A program made the position numbers and the translations under genes. Below, in pieces: positions 50,187-53,427 of a stretch of DNA of 53,427 bases. Source of the DNA: Promethearchaeati archaeon (GTDB lineage: Archaea > Asgardarchaeota > Heimdallarchaeia > Heimdallarchaeales > Heimdallarchaeaceae); the NCBI GenBank assembly GCA_013166775.1, contig JABLTJ010000024.1, positions 1-53,427 on the forward strand, given 5' to 3'. Below the pieces are notes generated by a model, which saw only the letters and a program-made list of their open reading frames with translations, was not told the origin of the DNA and did not search any database. Position 1 is the stretch's first letter. Each line of letters opens with the position of its first letter.

Positions 50187-53100
50187 CTACGATCCTCCAG
50201 ATAACATTGTTGCTAAAATAATTTTTGTGGTCTGTTTTCTAATTGTTTCTAATTGTTCTCTTACTTCATGCAGAGGTTTCTTTTTCTCAAGTTTGGAAAT
50301 TAATTCATCTATTTCATTATACAAGAATTCTTGATAAGCAAGTAGAAGGGTACCAAATTCTAGATCAGTTAGAACAGTTAAAACTAGATTCTCATACCCA
50401 CCTCTAGCCATTTTATTTTCTAGCTGAATCCCATGGATAAATCCTAACATCGATTCATTTGGTAGGGTTATAGATCCTATTCTTCTTCCTTTTATTGTTT
50501 TCTCAAAACCTAATGAGGAAAATGCATGATCTCCTACTTGTAGCACAAAATTCTCAACCTCGAGAGCTAATCGATTACTATAATCATATTGTAATGAATG
50601 TTCTACTACTAGAGGGATAGCTCCTCTTTTCTGGTCGAATATACTTAATACTACCCCTTGACAGAGTTCTGTTAGTCTCATTGTTATGTCTTGTTCAGGA
50701 ATTTTGTCTAAATAAACTTCAAATGGCTTTTTCCTTGTTAATCTATAAACTACAATAGAAGATATTACAGCTAGAAGAACAACCGATCCGATGATAGTAT
50801 ACAATAACCAGCTTTCGATTCCAGGAGGTGGAATTGAGATAACAACATCTCCTAGTTCAAAAGAAGTAACATCTAGTTTCTGATTTCCTTCGAAAGTAGC
50901 TTTTAATACAATTTGCTCTATATCTCCAGTCATTGTGAAAGTGACAGACGCTATTCCATTGGAATCAGTTGTATCGTTTAATAATTCTACAGTATCATAT
51001 TCACTAAACGCAGCATATACATTCAAGGGAACATCAATGTAGTAAATATAAATGAAGAAAGTAATTTGAACATTATCTACAGGAGTACCATTTTGATAGG
51101 TTAAGGTTCCAATTATTTCGACTGCTGAACCTTCAATAATTTCATAACTAGAAGGTTCTAAAGTTAAAATTAGTGGGAGTGGTTTTATCTCGAACTCGAA
51201 AATTACTGTATCATTAGTTTCTCCAAAATAATATGTGGATTCAACTCTTATCTGAAGTATGTAGTTACCTTTTCCAGAATAAAAATCTGGAGTACATCCG
51301 AAAGCATAAATAAAACTCCCTAAATCTTGAAATTCAACCGATATGTTATTTAGATAAATATCAGTAATTTTTAAATCATTTTCTAATTCATCTATGAGAT
51401 TTACTTCAACAGTTAAATTTTCCCCATAATAAACATCTTTATCACTATCAACTATGTCCAAACTTCCTTCTTTTCGATCTATTAATAGATTAACGACTAT
51501 TGAATGAATATTGAAACCATTTCTTGAAAATTCAAAGTTAAGAGAGGTTGATCCTATATTTGTTGCACATATAATAAACTCATAAGTTTGATTGTCTATT
51601 GTGTTATTAATTATTAATAATCCTAGATTATTATTCAAACTATCATTGTGCCAGATTATATCAGAAAATGATTTGTCATCCACTTTATCATAAATCTTTA
51701 ATTTGAAAATAAATTCATCCTTATATATTAGCTGGTGGGTTTGATCCAATAGATTAGTAGGGTCCACTACATCTATCTCAAGATCATCAATGATAAATGT
51801 AAATTGAAGAACAATTTGATTTGGTGAAATAAATTCTCCTGTATCATCATATGCAATAATTGTTAGGTTATGTTGTCCATCATCTGTGGGTGCTTGAATT
51901 ATCCATGTTGTTTCATTAATTGGTCTATCTCCTTCTTCAGACCAAATATAGATTACAGAACTCCAATCGCTACTTATATTTGTACACCATATTTGTGTAT
52001 CTCCTTTAACAGTATACTCTTCAATGGTGTTAATATAGTTCCATTCTTCATTATCTTCATTGTATAGCAAAACATCAAAAACAGGAGGATTTTTGTCAAC
52101 AATAAAATCAAATGTATAGGTATGGTTGTTTCCAACAATATCTTCTGCAAATATAGATAGTTGTGCAACACTTCCATTTGGATAAAGATTGATAATCGTT
52201 CCATAAAAACTAATATCAAATTCTCCATTGCTATCGTAAGTAATAGGAGCATATCCAGGAAACACATCCCAGGAGTATTCTACTTTCTTTAAAGTATTGA
52301 TTGATAAGTCCTGTGCTTGGAATTCTAGTACTGTATCATTATTTATTTTAGAATTAACAAATGGAAAATTCAGTGTAGTTGAAGGTTCTAAACTATCAAT
52401 GGTTAGTATGATTGTGATCAAATTCGTGTTTCCCAAAGAATCTGTAGAATTTATATACAAAGTTGAAGATCCATCTGCGAAATTGAGAATGAAACTATTA
52501 CTGAAACTTGTATAGAGTGATCCTCCCCATGAGAATGTACTATTGATTAATGGATCATTATCCAAAATAGCAACAGAAACGTTTGAACTACCTGGGACAT
52601 ATAAAACACCTGTCTTTTGAACTAAACCTTCAACATCAGTAATTTCTATTGACGGAAATGTAGTATCAATATGAAAAATGTAAGATTCAAATGCGAAGTT
52701 CCCAGCAATATCAAAAACATACAACGTCAAAGTATAAGTTCCATCAATAAGTCCTAAAAGAGCAAATTCATATGGATTATACAAAGTTTGATTTGTATCT
52801 CCATCAAGAGAAAATAATACATATAAATCCTCAGATAATGTAAAATTATCATCGAAAGCGAAATCAAATATTTCAGTATCTAGAAACCGTTTATTATCGT
52901 AACTGTCTTTACTTGTGAGAATTGTCGGTGATTCTTGATCTAATGTAAAAACAAACGTATAAATGTGTTCTTCATCAAAAGTGTCAAAAGTTATTATTGT
53001 TAGAGTATGAACTCCTAAAGGTGAATTAGGTAGAACATTACTTTCATTAAGTGTGAGTATTGAATTAAAGTAATAAGCATCAATTATACCATCTTTTTCA

Positions 53101-53427
53101 GGTTCAGTATTCCAATAGAATTTTATTATACCATTAATACCGAAAATAGTTATTTCAACTGGATTATTACCTTGGTAAAAGGAATCATTATTCACGTTTC
53201 TTAGCTCAACGAAATGAGAACTTATATCCGTAGTAAAGTTAAATTTTGAACTTATTGAGTTACCGATTGTATCGTTAGCAGATACGTATAGCCAGTGCTC
53301 TCCAGCTGATTCAGGTAGGTAGGTACGATAAATACTTCCTATAAAGGGGGTCCAAGATAAATTATCTATAGTATCCCATTTATAGTATACTTGATCCACT
53401 CCTGCATAATCTGTTATATTCACATCT
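50187..53427 (-). CDS. Very large single-pass surface protein (Ig-like repeats) with cytoplasmic longin/uDENN-like domain; 5' end outside the window
   Basis: The frame is open to the window edge. Repeated D..GN / D..P beta modules, TM WLLYTIIGSVVLLAVISSIVVY, cytoplasmic GVVLSIFDQKRGAIP. Confidence 0.8.
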   Translation of the reverse strand, partial: DVNITDYAGVDQVYYKWDTIDNLSWTPFIGSIYRTYLPESAGEHWLYVSANDTIGNSISSKFNFTTDISSHFVELRNVNNDSFYQGNNPVEITIFGINGIIKFYWNTEPEKDGIIDAYYFNSILTLNESNVLPNSPLGVHTLTIITFDTFDEEHIYTFVFTLDQESPTILTSKDSYDNKRFLDTEIFDFAFDDNFTLSEDLYVLFSLDGDTNQTLYNPYEFALLGLIDGTYTLTLYVFDIAGNFAFESYIFHIDTTFPSIEITDVEGLVQKTGVLYVPGSSNVSVAILDNDPLINSTFSWGGSLYTSFSNSFILNFADGSSTLYINSTDSLGNTNLITIILTIDSLEPSTTLNFPFVNSKINNDTVLEFQAQDLSINTLKKVEYSWDVFPGYAPITYDSNGEFDISFYGTIINLYPNGSVAQLSIFAEDIVGNNHTYTFDFIVDKNPPVFDVLLYNEDNEEWNYINTIEEYTVKGDTQIWCTNISSDWSSVIYIWSEEGDRPINETTWIIQAPTDDGQHNLTIIAYDDTGEFISPNQIVLQFTFIIDDLEIDVVDPTNLLDQTHQLIYKDEFIFKLKIYDKVDDKSFSDIIWHNDSLNNNLGLLIINNTIDNQTYEFIICATNIGSTSLNFEFSRNGFNIHSIVVNLLIDRKEGSLDIVDSDKDVYYGENLTVEVNLIDELENDLKITDIYLNNISVEFQDLGSFIYAFGCTPDFYSGKGNYILQIRVESTYYFGETNDTVIFEFEIKPLPLILTLEPSSYEIIEGSAVEIIGTLTYQNGTPVDNVQITFFIYIYYIDVPLNVYAAFSEYDTVELLNDTTDSNGIASVTFTMTGDIEQIVLKATFEGNQKLDVTSFELGDVVISIPPPGIESWLLYTIIGSVVLLAVISSIVVYRLTRKKPFEVYLDKIPEQDITMRLTELCQGVVLSIFDQKRGAIPLVVEHSLQYDYSNRLALEVENFVLQVGDHAFSSLGFEKTIKGRRIGSITLPNESMLGFIHGIQLENKMARGGYENLVLTVLTDLEFGTLLLAYQEFLYNEIDELISKLEKKKPLHEVREQLETIRKQTTKIILATMLSGGS

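Noticed and set aside
699-52515. Many short antisense or alternate-frame ORFs in the track (e.g. 699-959, 1530-1811, 11298-11630, 20651-20878, 21041-21385, 38416-38613)
   Set aside because: They overlap well-supported genes and have shadow-ORF composition.

Overview
AT-rich, gene-dense archaeal chromosomal segment, most likely Asgard (Heimdallarchaeia-like). This is inferred from longin-like domains, a 7TM protein ending GYIMPDWF, TPR-longin fusions, C-terminally anchored NosD and family-5 SBP proteins, and TATA/GGTGA signals. It carries transport and metabolic genes (MFS, two DegV, penicillin acylase, SDR, GH127, FTR1, E2 catalytic domain, TatD), a heliorhodopsin, an orphan ParB, four pectin-lyase-fold (NosD) surface proteins and two circularly permuted SBPs. 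I saw no rRNA, tRNA, CRISPR array or transposase. The main find is an apparently self-contained regulatory module present at two loci (about 20.6-21.9 kb and 29.4-34.3 kb). It has four paralogous winged-helix regulators with near-identical recognition helices and, on the opposite strand, three ~85-aa proteins ending RGS(F)L. Two micropeptides (38 and 32 aa) missing from the ORF track consist almost entirely of the same C-terminal motif. A shared 17-bp palindrome (TTCTCA-N5-TGAGAA) recurs in the promoter regions. All family calls come from motif recognition by eye, with no database searches.
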